Shown: positions 11,950 through 22,672 of the stretch, in pieces
Layout of the letters: every line of letters starts with the position of its first letter
Numbering within the stretch: position 1 is the stretch's first letter
Assembly (NCBI GenBank): GCA_049612225.1
Contig: JBMZBJ010000001.1
Location: 310,885-374,884, forward strand
Source: Porticoccaceae bacterium
Lineage (GTDB): Bacteria > Pseudomonadota > Gammaproteobacteria > Pseudomonadales > Porticoccaceae
DNA length: 64,000 nt
Reading direction: 5' to 3'
The notes under the pieces: model-generated
What the model saw: only the letters and a program-made list of their open reading frames with translations
What the model was told of the DNA's origin: nothing
Databases searched by the model: none
Made by a program: the position numbers and the translations under genes

Positions 11950-13596
11950 TCAATTAAAACGGCTGGTGGCTTTGCTCGGCCCGCGCAGATCAGCCAGCCT
12001 AAACCCGCTTGCCAACAGGCAAACCAAATAGCTAGCAAACCCCGCACCGCACAGCAGGGTGATTCTCAGCACCCGCTGCCACCAAGCGCCCTGTTGCCAG
12101 AGCTGATCACTACCCACCTGACCCAATGTCCAGAGAAGCACCGCTACCATAACAGTTACTGAACACAACAGCATCAGCGAGAAGCGCACCCACTGAGCAG
12201 AGGGCTGATAAATCGCTCCGCGGCGCAAACTCACCAACAGCAACAGGGCATTGAGAAATGCCGACAGCGATGTCGCCGTGGCCAGCCCCACATGGCCCAG
12301 CTGCCAGTAGCTGTGCAGCGGGATCACCAACAACAGATTCAAAACCATATTGGCCACCATCGCGATAATGCCAATTCGCACCGGGGTGCGCATATCTTGT
12401 CGGGCAAAAAATCCGGGGGCCAATACCTTGATCAACATAAAGGCAACCAGGCCTGCGGCATAGGCCCGGAGGCTGAATGTCGCCATGGTGATGTCTTTGA
12501 CTGTCATCACCTCGCCATAGTAAAACAGCGTCATCAGAATGGGTTCAGCTAACAGCATAAGCGCCGCCGCCGCCGGCACAGCAATGATTAAGATCATCCG
12601 CAATGCCCAGTCGAGCGTCTCGGAGTAAGCCCGAGAGGAATCTGATGCATGGTGGCGGGAGAGATTAGGCAGAATCACCGTGGCGATGGCCACACCGAAA
12701 ACTCCCAGAGGCAGTTCCGATAACCTATCAGAGTAATACAGCCAAGAGACACTGCCAGTAGGCAAAAAAGTTGCCAGCACGGTGTCCAATAGCAAATTGA
12801 TCTGGCTGACTGACACGCCAAAAATGGCCGGCCCCATCAGTACCAAGATGCGCCGCACACCGGAATGTTTCCAGTCGACAATCGGCGTAGGTAACATATG
12901 GATACTGCGCAAAAAGGGCAATTGGAAAATCAGCTGCACCACCCCGGCAATCAACACCCCCCAGGCCAGCGCATAGGCGGGCTGTTGAAAATAATCGGTG
13001 CCCACAAGAGCCGCTAGAATCAGGCATAGATTGAGCAGCAGCGGGGTAAAGGCCGGCACGGCGAAACGATCGTAGCTATTTAACACCCCAGCGGCAACGC
13101 CAGTCATGGAGATAAAAAATAGGTAGGGGAAAGTAATCCGCAGCATCTCTGCGGTGGCGAAGAATTTATCCGGCTCATCGACAAACCACTTGGGAGCAAA
13201 AAGTCCGGCCATCAGCGGCGAGGCAGCCACAATGACCAGCGTCAAGGCCATCAGTGTTAAACCGAGGGTTCCGCTGACCCGACTGACCAGCTCTCTGACT
13301 GCGGCGCGACTGCCCTGTTGTCTGTATTCTGCCAGAACAGGTACAAAAGCCTGCGAGAAGGCGCCCTCGGCAAATAAACGGCGGAAGAAGTTGGGTATCT
13401 TAAAGGCCACAAAGAAGGCATCTGCCAACGCCTCTGCACCTATAACCCGAGCGAAGATAATATCCCGTGCTAAACCCATGCATCTGGAGAGCATAGTGAA
13501 AAAGCTCACCAGACCACTGGAGCGAAGCAGACCACTGTCTTGTTTTTGTTGTGAAGATGTCTCTGTCACTCTACTGTCACCCCAAAGGCACGACAA
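11950..13596 (-). CDS. murJ: Lipid II flippase MurJ (MviN)
   Basis: Polytopic membrane protein with ...FFTMLSRCMGLARDIIFARVIGA... matching the MurJ N-terminus. The true start may be the internal GTG at 13567-13569. Confidence 0.88.
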   Translation of the reverse strand: MSCLWGDSRVTETSSQQKQDSGLLRSSGLVSFFTMLSRCMGLARDIIFARVIGAEALADAFFVAFKIPNFFRRLFAEGAFSQAFVPVLAEYRQQGSRAAVRELVSRVSGTLGLTLMALTLVIVAASPLMAGLFAPKWFVDEPDKFFATAEMLRITFPYLFFISMTGVAAGVLNSYDRFAVPAFTPLLLNLCLILAALVGTDYFQQPAYALAWGVLIAGVVQLIFQLPFLRSIHMLPTPIVDWKHSGVRRILVLMGPAIFGVSVSQINLLLDTVLATFLPTGSVSWLYYSDRLSELPLGVFGVAIATVILPNLSRHHASDSSRAYSETLDWALRMILIIAVPAAAALMLLAEPILMTLFYYGEVMTVKDITMATFSLRAYAAGLVAFMLIKVLAPGFFARQDMRTPVRIGIIAMVANMVLNLLLVIPLHSYWQLGHVGLATATSLSAFLNALLLLVSLRRGAIYQPSAQWVRFSLMLLCSVTVMVAVLLWTLGQVGSDQLWQQGAWWQRVLRITLLCGAGFASYLVCLLASGFRLADLRGPSKATSRFN

Positions 13597-13802
13597 TCTA
13601 ATATTCGTCTGTAGTTTAACGGTAGCGGCCTATTAGGCCAAGGGAATATACGTCTTCCAGTCCCTGAGTTTGGACTGAAAGTTAAAGGAAAAATCACCAA
13701 TTGCAAAAACTCTGACAAAAGCATTTGTTTCGGGTTGAATATCACCCCATAACCCTGTATATTTCCGCGCCTTTGAAGACATCCCATAGCGAGGAGTAAT
13801 AG

Positions 13803-14072
13803 GTGGCTAATTCAGCACAAGCAAAAAAGCGCGCGCGTCAAAATGAGAAGAGACGCCAACACAACGCCAGTCTGCGTTCCATGGTTCGCACCTACATCAA
13901 GAAGGTCAATGCAGCCATAGCCAGTGGTGACCAAGCTGTAGCTCAACAGGCCTACAGTGAAGCGTCCCCAGTGATTGATCGCATGGCGGACAAGGGGATT
14001 ATCCACAAAAATAAAGCCGCTCGTCACAAGAGTCGCCTGAATGCCCAGGTGAAAGCGCTGGGTGCTAGCTAG
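13803..14072 (+). CDS. rpsT: 30S ribosomal protein S20
   Basis: 89 aa, [20 protein letters not shown]..., with a GTG start. It is divergent from murJ, as in many gammaproteobacteria. Confidence 0.95.
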   Translation: MANSAQAKKRARQNEKRRQHNASLRSMVRTYIKKVNAAIASGDQAVAQQAYSEASPVIDRMADKGIIHKNKAARHKSRLNAQVKALGAS

Positions 14073-14088
14073 ATCGTCTTACAGATTG

Positions 14089-14117
14089 AAAAAAAACCGG
14101 CTTTTGCCGGTTTTTTT
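14089..14117. terminator. Bidirectional rho-independent terminator between rpsT and thrC
   Basis: The sequence aaaaaaaaCCGGCttttGCCGGttttttt is a GC stem flanked by an A-run and a T-run. Confidence 0.8.
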
Positions 14118-14146
14118 ATGCCCTCTTTTCAGTCGTCACCCAATTT

Positions 14147-15544
14147 CTAGGAAACGATATTTTCAGCCATAAACTGCTGAACCGCAGTGCTGTGATTGTC
14201 GAGCACCGTAAAGCGCTCCTCGCGCTCGAACAGGTCAGCCATATGTTCGGGGAGAGGCGGATCACCGGGGTAGCCAGCCCGTATCACCGCATCGGGGAAT
14301 TTTGCTGGATGGGCGGTCGCCAGTGTCACCATCGGTGTCTGCTGATTGCTATGGCAGTGTCGCGCTGCAGCTAGGCCAATGGCAGTGTGCGGGTCGAGCA
14401 GATATTGATTCTCAGCATAAGTGCTGCGGATTACCTCAACCATACCCCGATCATCGCAGCGGTAGCTCGAGAAGAGCTGTCTGGCCTTATCTAGCGCAGC
14501 ATCACTGAGCGTCATTGATCCCGCCCTGGCCTCGGCCATTAGCTTCACGATCTGCTCACCATCGCGCTGGTACAAATCGAACAACAGCCGCTCAAAGTTG
14601 CTAGAGATCATTATATCCATACTGGGTGCCAAGCTCTGTTGCAGTGGCTTGGTGCTGTGATCGTTGTCACTGATACAGCGGTGCAGAATATCATTTTGGT
14701 TGGTAGCGATAACCAGCTGCTCGATTGGCAGACCCATTTGATGGGCCAAGTAGCCTGCGAAGATATCGCCAAAATTGCCGGTGGGCACCGAGAAAGAGAC
14801 CTTTTTTGATGGCCCACCCAATGTTAACGAAGCCCAGAAATAGTAGACAATCTGCGCCATAATTCGCGCCCAGTTGATGGAGTTCACCGCCACCAACTGG
14901 CGCCCATCAGGCAAAAAGGATTGGTCGGCAAAACTGGCTTTAACCATATTTTGGCAGTCATCAAAATTGCCTTGCAGGGCTATATTGTGGATATTATCTG
15001 CCAGCACAGTAGTCATCTGGCGCCGCTGCACCTCGGAGACCCGCTGGTGGGGATGAAGGATAAAAATATCCAAATTTTTACACTGTCGGCAGCCCTCTAT
15101 CGCCGCAGAGCCGGTATCACCGGAAGTTGCTCCCATAATCACCACTTTCTGCTGGCGCTTAGCCAACAGGTAATCGAGAAGATTACCCAAAAACTGCAGT
15201 GCAAAATCTTTAAACGCCAGAGTTGGACCGTGAAACAGCTCTAAAACCCACTGGTTGTCGCCAAGCTCAACTAGGGGAGCCACCTTGGCGTTGCGGAATG
15301 AGGCGTAGGAGTCGTCGATCAGTCGCCGCAAGTCCTGCTCGGGAATGGCACCGGCGACAAAGGGCGTCATTACTTTCAATGCCAATTGCTGATAGGAGAG
15401 CTCGCGCCAGGAATCTATTTCCTCGAGCTCGAACCGCGGTAGCTGCTCGGGCACAAACAGACCCCCATCCGGAGCCAATCCAGTGAGTATCACATCCTCA
15501 AATGACTGGGGTTCGACACCCCCACGAGTGCTGATATATTTCAT
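14147..15544 (-). CDS. thrC: Threonine synthase
   Basis: 465 aa. It has the PLP site context (HGPTLAFKDFALQ), and its start immediately follows the hom stop (TAAATG). Confidence 0.93.
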   Translation of the reverse strand: MKYISTRGGVEPQSFEDVILTGLAPDGGLFVPEQLPRFELEEIDSWRELSYQQLALKVMTPFVAGAIPEQDLRRLIDDSYASFRNAKVAPLVELGDNQWVLELFHGPTLAFKDFALQFLGNLLDYLLAKRQQKVVIMGATSGDTGSAAIEGCRQCKNLDIFILHPHQRVSEVQRRQMTTVLADNIHNIALQGNFDDCQNMVKASFADQSFLPDGRQLVAVNSINWARIMAQIVYYFWASLTLGGPSKKVSFSVPTGNFGDIFAGYLAHQMGLPIEQLVIATNQNDILHRCISDNDHSTKPLQQSLAPSMDIMISSNFERLLFDLYQRDGEQIVKLMAEARAGSMTLSDAALDKARQLFSSYRCDDRGMVEVIRSTYAENQYLLDPHTAIGLAAARHCHSNQQTPMVTLATAHPAKFPDAVIRAGYPGDPPLPEHMADLFEREERFTVLDNHSTAVQQFMAENIVS

Positions 15545-16852
15545 TTACTGATCCAGATGTTCAACGCGTATTAAATTAATCTGACCGCGCACGGTTTCAA
15601 GCTGTTGGATACGCTCGACCGCGCCGCTAAGTAATTTTTCTCTGGTGATATCAGTGAGAATAATGACATCCACATAATCCTCACCTGCCGGCTGCTCTCT
15701 CTGAATAAGCGCTTCAATGCTAATGCCACAGCTGGCCATAACACCAGTGATCGCCGACAGCACACCGGGCTTATCCAAGGCGGAAAAACGCAGGTAAAAG
15801 CCGGTCTCGACCTCGTCCATAGCCATAATTGGCCGCTGTTCTATGGCCGATAGACTGCGGCCCAGGGCAGGAACCTTGGCATCACTGTCGCAATTGATTG
15901 ATCGTGCCACATCCACAATATCGGCAATAACCGCAGAGGCCGTGGGCTCCGCGCCAGCACCGGGGCCATAGAATAGCGTGGTACCCACTGCATCGGCATT
16001 GATCATCACCGCGTTGGCGACATCATTGACCCCCGCAATTAGCGATGATTGCGGCACCAGTGTCGGGTGAACACGCAGTTCCACACCGTCCGGAGTTTTA
16101 CGGGCAATACCCAGATGTTTGACCGCGTAACCCAACTCTCTGGCATAGGCGACATCCAGGGGTTGCAACCGAGTAATACCATCGGTAAACAGGTTGTCGG
16201 TACTCAGGGGGATAGCAAAGGCCAGAGATGCCAAAATAACCAACTTGTGGGCAGCATCTATACCCTCGACATCAAAGGTAGGATCAGCTTCAGCATAGCC
16301 CTTCTCCTGAGCCTCCACCAAAACATCGGCGAAGTCGCGCCCCTTGCTGTCCATCTCCGAGAGAATGAAATTGGTAGTGCCATTGATTATCCCTGCCAAC
16401 CAGTTAATACGATTGGCCGCCAAGCCCTCACGCAGCGCTTTGATAATCGGGATACCACCAGCTACTGCCGCCTCATAGGCTACAACCAACCCCTTGGATT
16501 CAGCATAGGCCAGTATTTCCATACCTTTCTCAGCGATCAACGCCTTATTTGCCGTGACCACATGTTTTCCGTGCTGCAGTGCGGTCATCACCAGGTCATA
16601 GGCCACCGTGGTACCACCGATCAGTTCGACGACAATATCTATATTGGGGTTGCGCGCCACCTCAAAAATATCGCGAACCACATCAACTTTAGAGGTGTCA
16701 CAGTGGGGATTATCCCGACGGGCGCCCACCTGAGAAATGGCGATTTCACCGTTGGCCCGGGCACCAATATCAACGGCATTGCGATTTACAACATTAAAAA
16801 CACCTGAGCCCACGGTTCCCAAACCGCAGATGCCGACCTGTACTGCACTCAC
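15545..16852 (-). CDS. hom: Homoserine dehydrogenase
   Basis: 435 aa with an N-terminal GLGTVGSG Rossmann motif and a C-terminal ACT domain. It forms a hom-thrC operon. Confidence 0.93.
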   Translation of the reverse strand: MSAVQVGICGLGTVGSGVFNVVNRNAVDIGARANGEIAISQVGARRDNPHCDTSKVDVVRDIFEVARNPNIDIVVELIGGTTVAYDLVMTALQHGKHVVTANKALIAEKGMEILAYAESKGLVVAYEAAVAGGIPIIKALREGLAANRINWLAGIINGTTNFILSEMDSKGRDFADVLVEAQEKGYAEADPTFDVEGIDAAHKLVILASLAFAIPLSTDNLFTDGITRLQPLDVAYARELGYAVKHLGIARKTPDGVELRVHPTLVPQSSLIAGVNDVANAVMINADAVGTTLFYGPGAGAEPTASAVIADIVDVARSINCDSDAKVPALGRSLSAIEQRPIMAMDEVETGFYLRFSALDKPGVLSAITGVMASCGISIEALIQREQPAGEDYVDVIILTDITREKLLSGAVERIQQLETVRGQINLIRVEHLDQ

Positions 16853-17015
16853 ATTTAATCCTCAAACATTCACTTTGGATAGACCACTGGATGGCGCAAG
16901 CCATCAGGGTGCTCAATCAAGGGGCAATTTTAACCTATTACACAAATAATGCAGGGTTATTTTCGACTCTGTTTTAATATTGGATGGCCGGTGACACTGG
17001 ATCACCGACTCAAGC

Positions 17016-17798
17016 TTAGGAATCGGGACTATTCAGGCCCAGCAGTGCAGCTAAATCCGCCGCGGGCTGATAGCCGGGAATCATAGTGCCATCCATCAAA
17101 ACAATGGCTGGCGTCCCAGTCACACCCATTGCACTGCCCAGCTCCAGATGGGTGGCCACTGGGTTGTTCTCACAGATATCAGTAGCCACTGACTTGCCGG
17201 CCTTTAGCTGGGTCATTACATCCTGTTTATTCTCAGCACACCAGGCGGTGGCAATTTTATTGTAGGACTCCGAGGGAATTCCCGCTCGAGGAAAAGCCAG
17301 ATAGCGCACTTCGATACCCCTAGCATTGAGCTCGGGGACTTCGCGATGTAACTTGCGACAGTAACCACAGTCGATATCGGTAAACACGTTGATGATTGCC
17401 GCTGTCTCACCCTCAGGTTTAAAGACAATTAGATCCTCAGCAGACCTACCTTGAAAGTGTTTTCGACGCTCCTCAATATACTGGGTTTCCAAAATATTAA
17501 CTATCTGTCCAGATTGGATCTGCAACAGATCCCCCTGAAAGAAATAGTCTCCACTGCTGTGAACAAACAGCAGTGGTCCACCCTCTACCTGTACTTGATA
17601 GAACTCCGCCACCGGCTCTCGATTGACCACCGTGAAGGTCAGATCGGGCCGAGCGATTTTTAGTTTTTGGGTCAACAGCTGTCGATTTTGCTCACTGGAG
17701 GGGTCGGACTGATTGGCAATCGCATAGTTGGTGCAAAACAGCACCACTAATGCGGTTAGCAGCGGGGTAAGGTTGAAAAAATTTAATCCAGACTTCAC
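17016..17798 (-). CDS. dsbC: Thiol:disulfide interchange protein DsbC
   Basis: Signal peptide, thioredoxin fold with a CGYC active site, and about 260 aa. Confidence 0.85.
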   Translation of the reverse strand: MKSGLNFFNLTPLLTALVVLFCTNYAIANQSDPSSEQNRQLLTQKLKIARPDLTFTVVNREPVAEFYQVQVEGGPLLFVHSSGDYFFQGDLLQIQSGQIVNILETQYIEERRKHFQGRSAEDLIVFKPEGETAAIINVFTDIDCGYCRKLHREVPELNARGIEVRYLAFPRAGIPSESYNKIATAWCAENKQDVMTQLKAGKSVATDICENNPVATHLELGSAMGVTGTPAIVLMDGTMIPGYQPAADLAALLGLNSPDS

Positions 17799-17870
17799 TT
17801 GATTACCTCCTTGATAGTGGGTGGATACTCTATTGACGGCAAAATCCGCCTAAGGTCACAAAGATTTGAC

Positions 17871-17891
17871 AGGGCACCCTTGGGATGCCCT
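17871..17891 (-). terminator. Hairpin downstream of the second P-II gene
   Basis: AGGGCA-N9-TGCCCT stem-loop 38 nt after the stop. The T-tract is weak. Confidence 0.4.
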
Positions 17892-17928
17892 ACACAAGTA
17901 GATAGTTTAGTCCAGATCGCTGAAAATT

Positions 17929-18303
<375 letters not shown>

Positions 18304-18399
18304 CTAAAGATACCTGTTTCCGCAGCAGATTTCATCAGTGGTTTGCAAAATAGATTAGGCTTTCGCGATGGCAATCCAAAGTGGCGCTGGTTACAGGGC

Positions 18400-18427
18400 A
18401 AAAAAAACCGGGGCACGGGGCCCCGGT
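18400..18427 (-). terminator. Rho-independent terminator after amtB
   Basis: On the minus strand: ACCGGGGCCCCGTGCCCCGG followed by TTTTTTTT. Confidence 0.8.
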
Positions 18428-18451
18428 AAACTTGCAGGTTGAGCTAATTAG

Positions 18452-19684
18452 CTATTTTGAGCTAACAAACTCGGGGTATGCTTCCATTCCGCATTCAGCG
18501 ATATCGACACCGCTAAATTCTTCCTCGTCAGAGACGCGCAGACCAATAAGCATTTTGATTACATACCAAACTACAAAGCTTGATAAGAATACCCAGACAA
18601 AAATGGTGGCAGCACCAATCAGCTGACCTGAGAAGGACGAGCCGTCGTTGGTGAATGGCACCAGCAATAGACCGAGCAGACCGACTACACCGTGTACAGA
18701 GATTGCACCGACGGGGTCATCAATTTTCAGCTTGTCTAGTGTGACAATACTGAATACTACCAATACACCACCTAGGGCACCGAATAGGGTTGCTTGAAGT
18801 GCAGTTGGTGTAGAGGGCTCAGCGGTAATTGCAACCAGTCCAGCCAGAGCACCGTTGAGGGCCATGGTCAAATCGGCTTTGCCGAACAGCAATTTGGCAA
18901 CAATCAGCGCAGCAATCAAACCACCGCTGGCGGCAGCATTGGTATTCATAAATACGACTGCGACTGCGTTGGCACTCTCTACGGAAGCAGTGGCCAGCAC
19001 TGAACCGCCGTTAAAGCCGAACCATCCCATCCACAGGATAAAAGTACCCAGGGTAGCTAGTGGCATGTTGGCACCGGGGATAGCGTTAACTTCACCGTTG
19101 GGTCCATATTTGCCTTTACGAGCGCCGAGAAGGAGCACACCAGCTAAGGCGGCCGAGGCGCCGGCCATGTGTACGATACCGGAGCCGGCAAAGTCAGAGA
19201 AGCCGAGATCACCGAGCGTGTACAGACCGAATACAGATGCTCCACCCCAGGTCCAAGAACCTTCTAGAGGGTAGATAAAGCCAGTTAGAACAACGGCGAA
19301 CAGCAGGAACGACCAGAGCTTCATGCGCTCGGCGACAGAGCCGGACACAATTGACATAGCAGTAGCCACGAATACTACTTGGAAGTAGAAGTCTGCAGAG
19401 GGCGCATAGGTCGCTGGCTCTGCCTCACCGGTGGCACCATCAGCCACAATACCGCTGAGGAAGTATTCGCCACCGTACATAACGGCATAACCGCAGATTA
19501 GGTACATGGTACAAGCAATGGCGAACAGGGCGACATTTTTGGTTAGAATTTCAGTGGTGTTTTTAGAGCGAACTAAACCGGCTTCCAGCATTGAAAAGCC
19601 GGCTGCCATCCACATTACTAAAGCACCGCAGATAAGGAAGTAAAAAGTATCCAGTGCATATTGGAGTTGAAATATATCAGTCAT
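18452..19684 (-). CDS. amtB: Ammonium transporter
   Basis: 410 aa polytopic Amt family protein (...DFAGSGIVHMAGA...), immediately downstream of glnK. Confidence 0.93.
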   Translation of the reverse strand: MTDIFQLQYALDTFYFLICGALVMWMAAGFSMLEAGLVRSKNTTEILTKNVALFAIACTMYLICGYAVMYGGEYFLSGIVADGATGEAEPATYAPSADFYFQVVFVATAMSIVSGSVAERMKLWSFLLFAVVLTGFIYPLEGSWTWGGASVFGLYTLGDLGFSDFAGSGIVHMAGASAALAGVLLLGARKGKYGPNGEVNAIPGANMPLATLGTFILWMGWFGFNGGSVLATASVESANAVAVVFMNTNAAASGGLIAALIVAKLLFGKADLTMALNGALAGLVAITAEPSTPTALQATLFGALGGVLVVFSIVTLDKLKIDDPVGAISVHGVVGLLGLLLVPFTNDGSSFSGQLIGAATIFVWVFLSSFVVWYVIKMLIGLRVSDEEEFSGVDIAECGMEAYPEFVSSK

Positions 19685-19697
19685 GTCAGATCCTCAC

Positions 19698-20078
<381 letters not shown>

Positions 20079-20132
20079 TCAGAAAAAATAATAAAAGTGC
20101 AGACGCTAATCTATTCACTTCGATGCTAACAA

Positions 20133-20148
20133 TGCATTTACCGTGCCA
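20133..20148 (-). promoter_or_regulatory. Sigma-54 (-24/-12) promoter candidate for glnK-amtB
   Basis: The minus strand reads TGGCAC-GGTAA-ATGCA against the consensus TGGCAC-N5-TTGCW. It lies about 95 nt upstream of the glnK ATG. Confidence 0.65.
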
Positions 20149-20200
20149 AGTTTATTTTGGGCGTAATTTAGGCCAATTTTTGGCGATTATGGGGGGTCAA

Positions 20201-20217
20201 TGCATTTATTTGGTGCA
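20201..20217. promoter_or_regulatory. NtrC-binding site candidate (TGCATTTATTTGGTGCA)
   Basis: 17-bp site matching the consensus TGCACC-N5-GGTGCA at 4/5 and 5/5 positions of the outer pentamers. It is upstream of the sigma-54 promoter. Confidence 0.5.
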
Positions 20218-20240
20218 CAAAAAAACATACTATTCTGAGT

Positions 20241-20257
20241 TGCACAGAATCAGTGCA
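20241..20257. promoter_or_regulatory. NtrC-binding site candidate (TGCACAGAATCAGTGCA)
   Basis: Perfect TGCAC-N7-GTGCA dyad, 40 bp from the other candidate site. Confidence 0.55.
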
Positions 20258-20392
20258 GGTAGCTTGCGGGCAGTTTGTGCCGACAACTAACGGGATGCAG
20301 AAAATATAAAGTCGGTTAAGTAATCCACCTCTCGGTATAAACATTTGCTAAAGTAGGGATTGTGTAGAACCCTATCCATATCACAGAAAACT

Positions 20393-20644
20393 ATGAATTC
20401 AGACGACTTTTATCACAATTTAAAACGCCAGCTAGATGAGACCATGCGGGGCGCTCAGACTATCAATCAAGAAGCTATGTCTCACTTGCGAGTAGCGGTG
20501 TCCAAACTATTTGACCAATTGGACTTAGTGACCCGTGAGGAATTTGACGCACAGACCGCGGTACTTAAACGCTCTCGAGAGAAGATTGATTCCCTAGAGC
20601 AACAGATTCAAAAACTCGAGCAGTCACTGCAATCTAACGCGTAA
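20393..20644 (+). CDS. ubiK: Ubiquinone biosynthesis accessory factor UbiK (YqiC/BMFP family)
   Basis: Small coiled-coil protein (...LVTREEFDAQTAVLKRSREKIDSLEQQI...). Start trimmed to MNSDDF. Confidence 0.7.
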   Translation: MNSDDFYHNLKRQLDETMRGAQTINQEAMSHLRVAVSKLFDQLDLVTREEFDAQTAVLKRSREKIDSLEQQIQKLEQSLQSNA

Positions 20645-20673
20645 CTTTTGCCACTAACACCTGGGGACAATGG

Positions 20674-22179
20674 ATGTCACTCGCTGTTATCAATACCCGC
20701 GCCAAGCTGGGCTTAAGTGCCCCCCAAGTCTCTGTGGAAGTGCACCTTTCCAACGGATTGCCAGCATTTAATATCGTCGGGCTACCCGAGACAGCAGTCA
20801 AGGAGAGTAAGGATCGGGTGCGCAGCGCCATAATCAACTCCCACTTTGAGTTTCCCAATCAACGCATCACCGTCAATTTGGCACCAGCGGAACTGCCGAA
20901 GGGCGGCAGTCGCTTCGACCTACCCATCGCCATCGGCATTTTAGCTGCCTCAAATCAAATCCCTGGAGATCAGCTTTCAGACTATGAGTTTATCGGGGAG
21001 CTGGCACTGTCGGGGGAGCTTCGCGGCGTCGAGGCTGTACTGCCGGGAGCAATGGCCTGCGCTCAGCAGCGACGTGGTTTAATCATCAGTCAGCACAATG
21101 CAACTGAAGCCGCTCTAGTGGAATCCCTGACAGTACTGCCAGCAAAACATCTGTTAGAGGTTTCGGCTCATCTCTATCAGGCCAAACTTATAGCACCCTG
21201 GCCAGCCACTGGGGTCAACGTCCTAGTGGATTACCCCCAATTCAAAGAAGTTATCGGACAACAACAGGCCAAGCGCGGTCTGGAAATAGCTGCTGCTGGC
21301 GGCCACCATATTCTAATGTTTGGCCCCCCGGGCACGGGCAAATCCATGCTTGCCAGCCGTCTGCCCGGCATCTTGCCAACTATGGATAACGGCGAAGCCC
21401 TACAGGTGACCTCAATTCACTCTCTGGTCAACCGAGACTTGCGCCCCCATATCTTGCAGCGCCCCTTTCGCTCACCCCACCACAGCGCCTCTGCCGCAGC
21501 CATGGTCGGTGGCGGCAGCGCACCGCAACCGGGAGAGATATCACTGGCCCATCACGGGGTACTGTTTCTGGATGAATTTCCCGAGTTCCAGCGCAGCGTT
21601 CTCGAGGTACTGCGGGAGCCGATGGAAACGGGAGAGATACATATTTCACGGGTGGCAGCACAGCTGACCTATCCCGCCCAGTTTCAATTAGTGGCGGCTA
21701 TGAACCCCTGCCCCTGCGGCTATCTAGGCAGTGCAAGATGTCAGTGCGCTGCCGAGCAGATCAATCGCTATCACAGCAAAATATCCGGTCCTATCTTAGA
21801 CCGCATAGACCTGCATGTTCGAGTCAACCCCATTGATAATCATCAACTACTGCAACCACAACCGCATCAAATCGGCGAGAGTAATGAGACAATTTTGCAG
21901 CGGGTTTGCAATGCTCGCGCGCTGCAGTTACAGCGACAGGGCGTGATCAATAGCCGCTTGGATAACCAACAGTTGATCGAAGTCTGCCCCCTAAACCAAC
22001 AGCAGCAAGATTTTATGGATGGTGCCATCAATAGTTTTCACTTGTCCACTAGAAGCTTTCACCGAGTGTTGAAGGTAGCGCGCACTATCGCCGACCTCTC
22101 GGGCCTGGAAACGCCGGATATCCCCCAGTATCAGGAGGCATTGAGCTATCGCAGTAGCTTTAAGCACTCCAGCTATTAG
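20674..22179 (+). CDS. comM: Mg-chelatase-like AAA+ ATPase ComM/YifB
   Basis: 501 aa with an N-terminal Lon-like domain (VEVHLSNGLPAFNIVGLPE), Walker A GPPGTGKS, and FLDEFPEF. Confidence 0.9.
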   Translation: MSLAVINTRAKLGLSAPQVSVEVHLSNGLPAFNIVGLPETAVKESKDRVRSAIINSHFEFPNQRITVNLAPAELPKGGSRFDLPIAIGILAASNQIPGDQLSDYEFIGELALSGELRGVEAVLPGAMACAQQRRGLIISQHNATEAALVESLTVLPAKHLLEVSAHLYQAKLIAPWPATGVNVLVDYPQFKEVIGQQQAKRGLEIAAAGGHHILMFGPPGTGKSMLASRLPGILPTMDNGEALQVTSIHSLVNRDLRPHILQRPFRSPHHSASAAAMVGGGSAPQPGEISLAHHGVLFLDEFPEFQRSVLEVLREPMETGEIHISRVAAQLTYPAQFQLVAAMNPCPCGYLGSARCQCAAEQINRYHSKISGPILDRIDLHVRVNPIDNHQLLQPQPHQIGESNETILQRVCNARALQLQRQGVINSRLDNQQLIEVCPLNQQQQDFMDGAINSFHLSTRSFHRVLKVARTIADLSGLETPDIPQYQEALSYRSSFKHSSY

Positions 22180-22262
22180 GCTATCCGCTGGCATCTGCAT
22201 CTCTGCCATATTGATCTCACGCTGTTTTTGCCTGAGTCTTCATAGGCTTTTGTAAACGGATT

Positions 22263-22288
22263 GCCGCTGTAATAAGCCGCTGTAATAA
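22263..22288. repeat. Perfect 13-bp tandem duplication (GCCGCTGTAATAA x2)
   Basis: Read directly from the sequence. It lies in the intergenic region upstream of yciH. Confidence 0.9.
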
Positions 22289-22344
22289 ATAGCCATTTCG
22301 ACGCTGATATTTTATATTCCCTATCCAACTGGGAAACTTGCTCA

Positions 22345-22671
22345 ATGAATAGTAAAACTAGCCGACTGGTATACTCCACCGACAGTGGTCGTATTAAACC
22401 ACAGAACAAAGAGCCTACCTCATCACCAACCGATGGTATTGTGCGTATTCGCCGTGAGACCAAGGGTCGCAAAGGCAAAGGCGTGACTACCATCGGTGGT
22501 TTCGATCTCAACTCCGCAGAGCTAAAGGCCCTCGCCAAGCAACTGAAACAACTGTGCTCCACCGGCGGCACGGTAAAAAATGGCACTATTGAAATTCAGG
22601 GCGATCACCGCGACAAACTCAAAGTAGCCTTAGAGCAGCGCGGCTACAGGGTTGTGCTGGCGGGGGGCTAG
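22345..22671 (+). CDS. yciH: SUI1/eIF1-family translation initiation factor-like protein YciH
   Basis: 108 aa, ...VRIRRETKGRKGKGVTTI.GF......LKALAKQLKQLCSTGGTVK...IEIQGDHRD. Confidence 0.85.
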   Translation: MNSKTSRLVYSTDSGRIKPQNKEPTSSPTDGIVRIRRETKGRKGKGVTTIGGFDLNSAELKALAKQLKQLCSTGGTVKNGTIEIQGDHRDKLKVALEQRGYRVVLAGG

Positions 22672-22672
22672 T

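Noticed and set aside
13154-13636. 160-aa ORF on the plus strand
   Set aside because: Antisense to the murJ 5' region. No motifs.
16049-16807. 252-aa ORF on the plus strand
   Set aside because: It lies entirely antisense to the well-supported hom gene. Its composition is low-complexity with no recognisable motifs. Long open antisense frames like this are typical of GC-balanced coding DNA.
22176-22586. 136-aa ORF on the minus strand
   Set aside because: Antisense to yciH (SUI1 family), which has a clear family signature. The minus-strand ORF has none.
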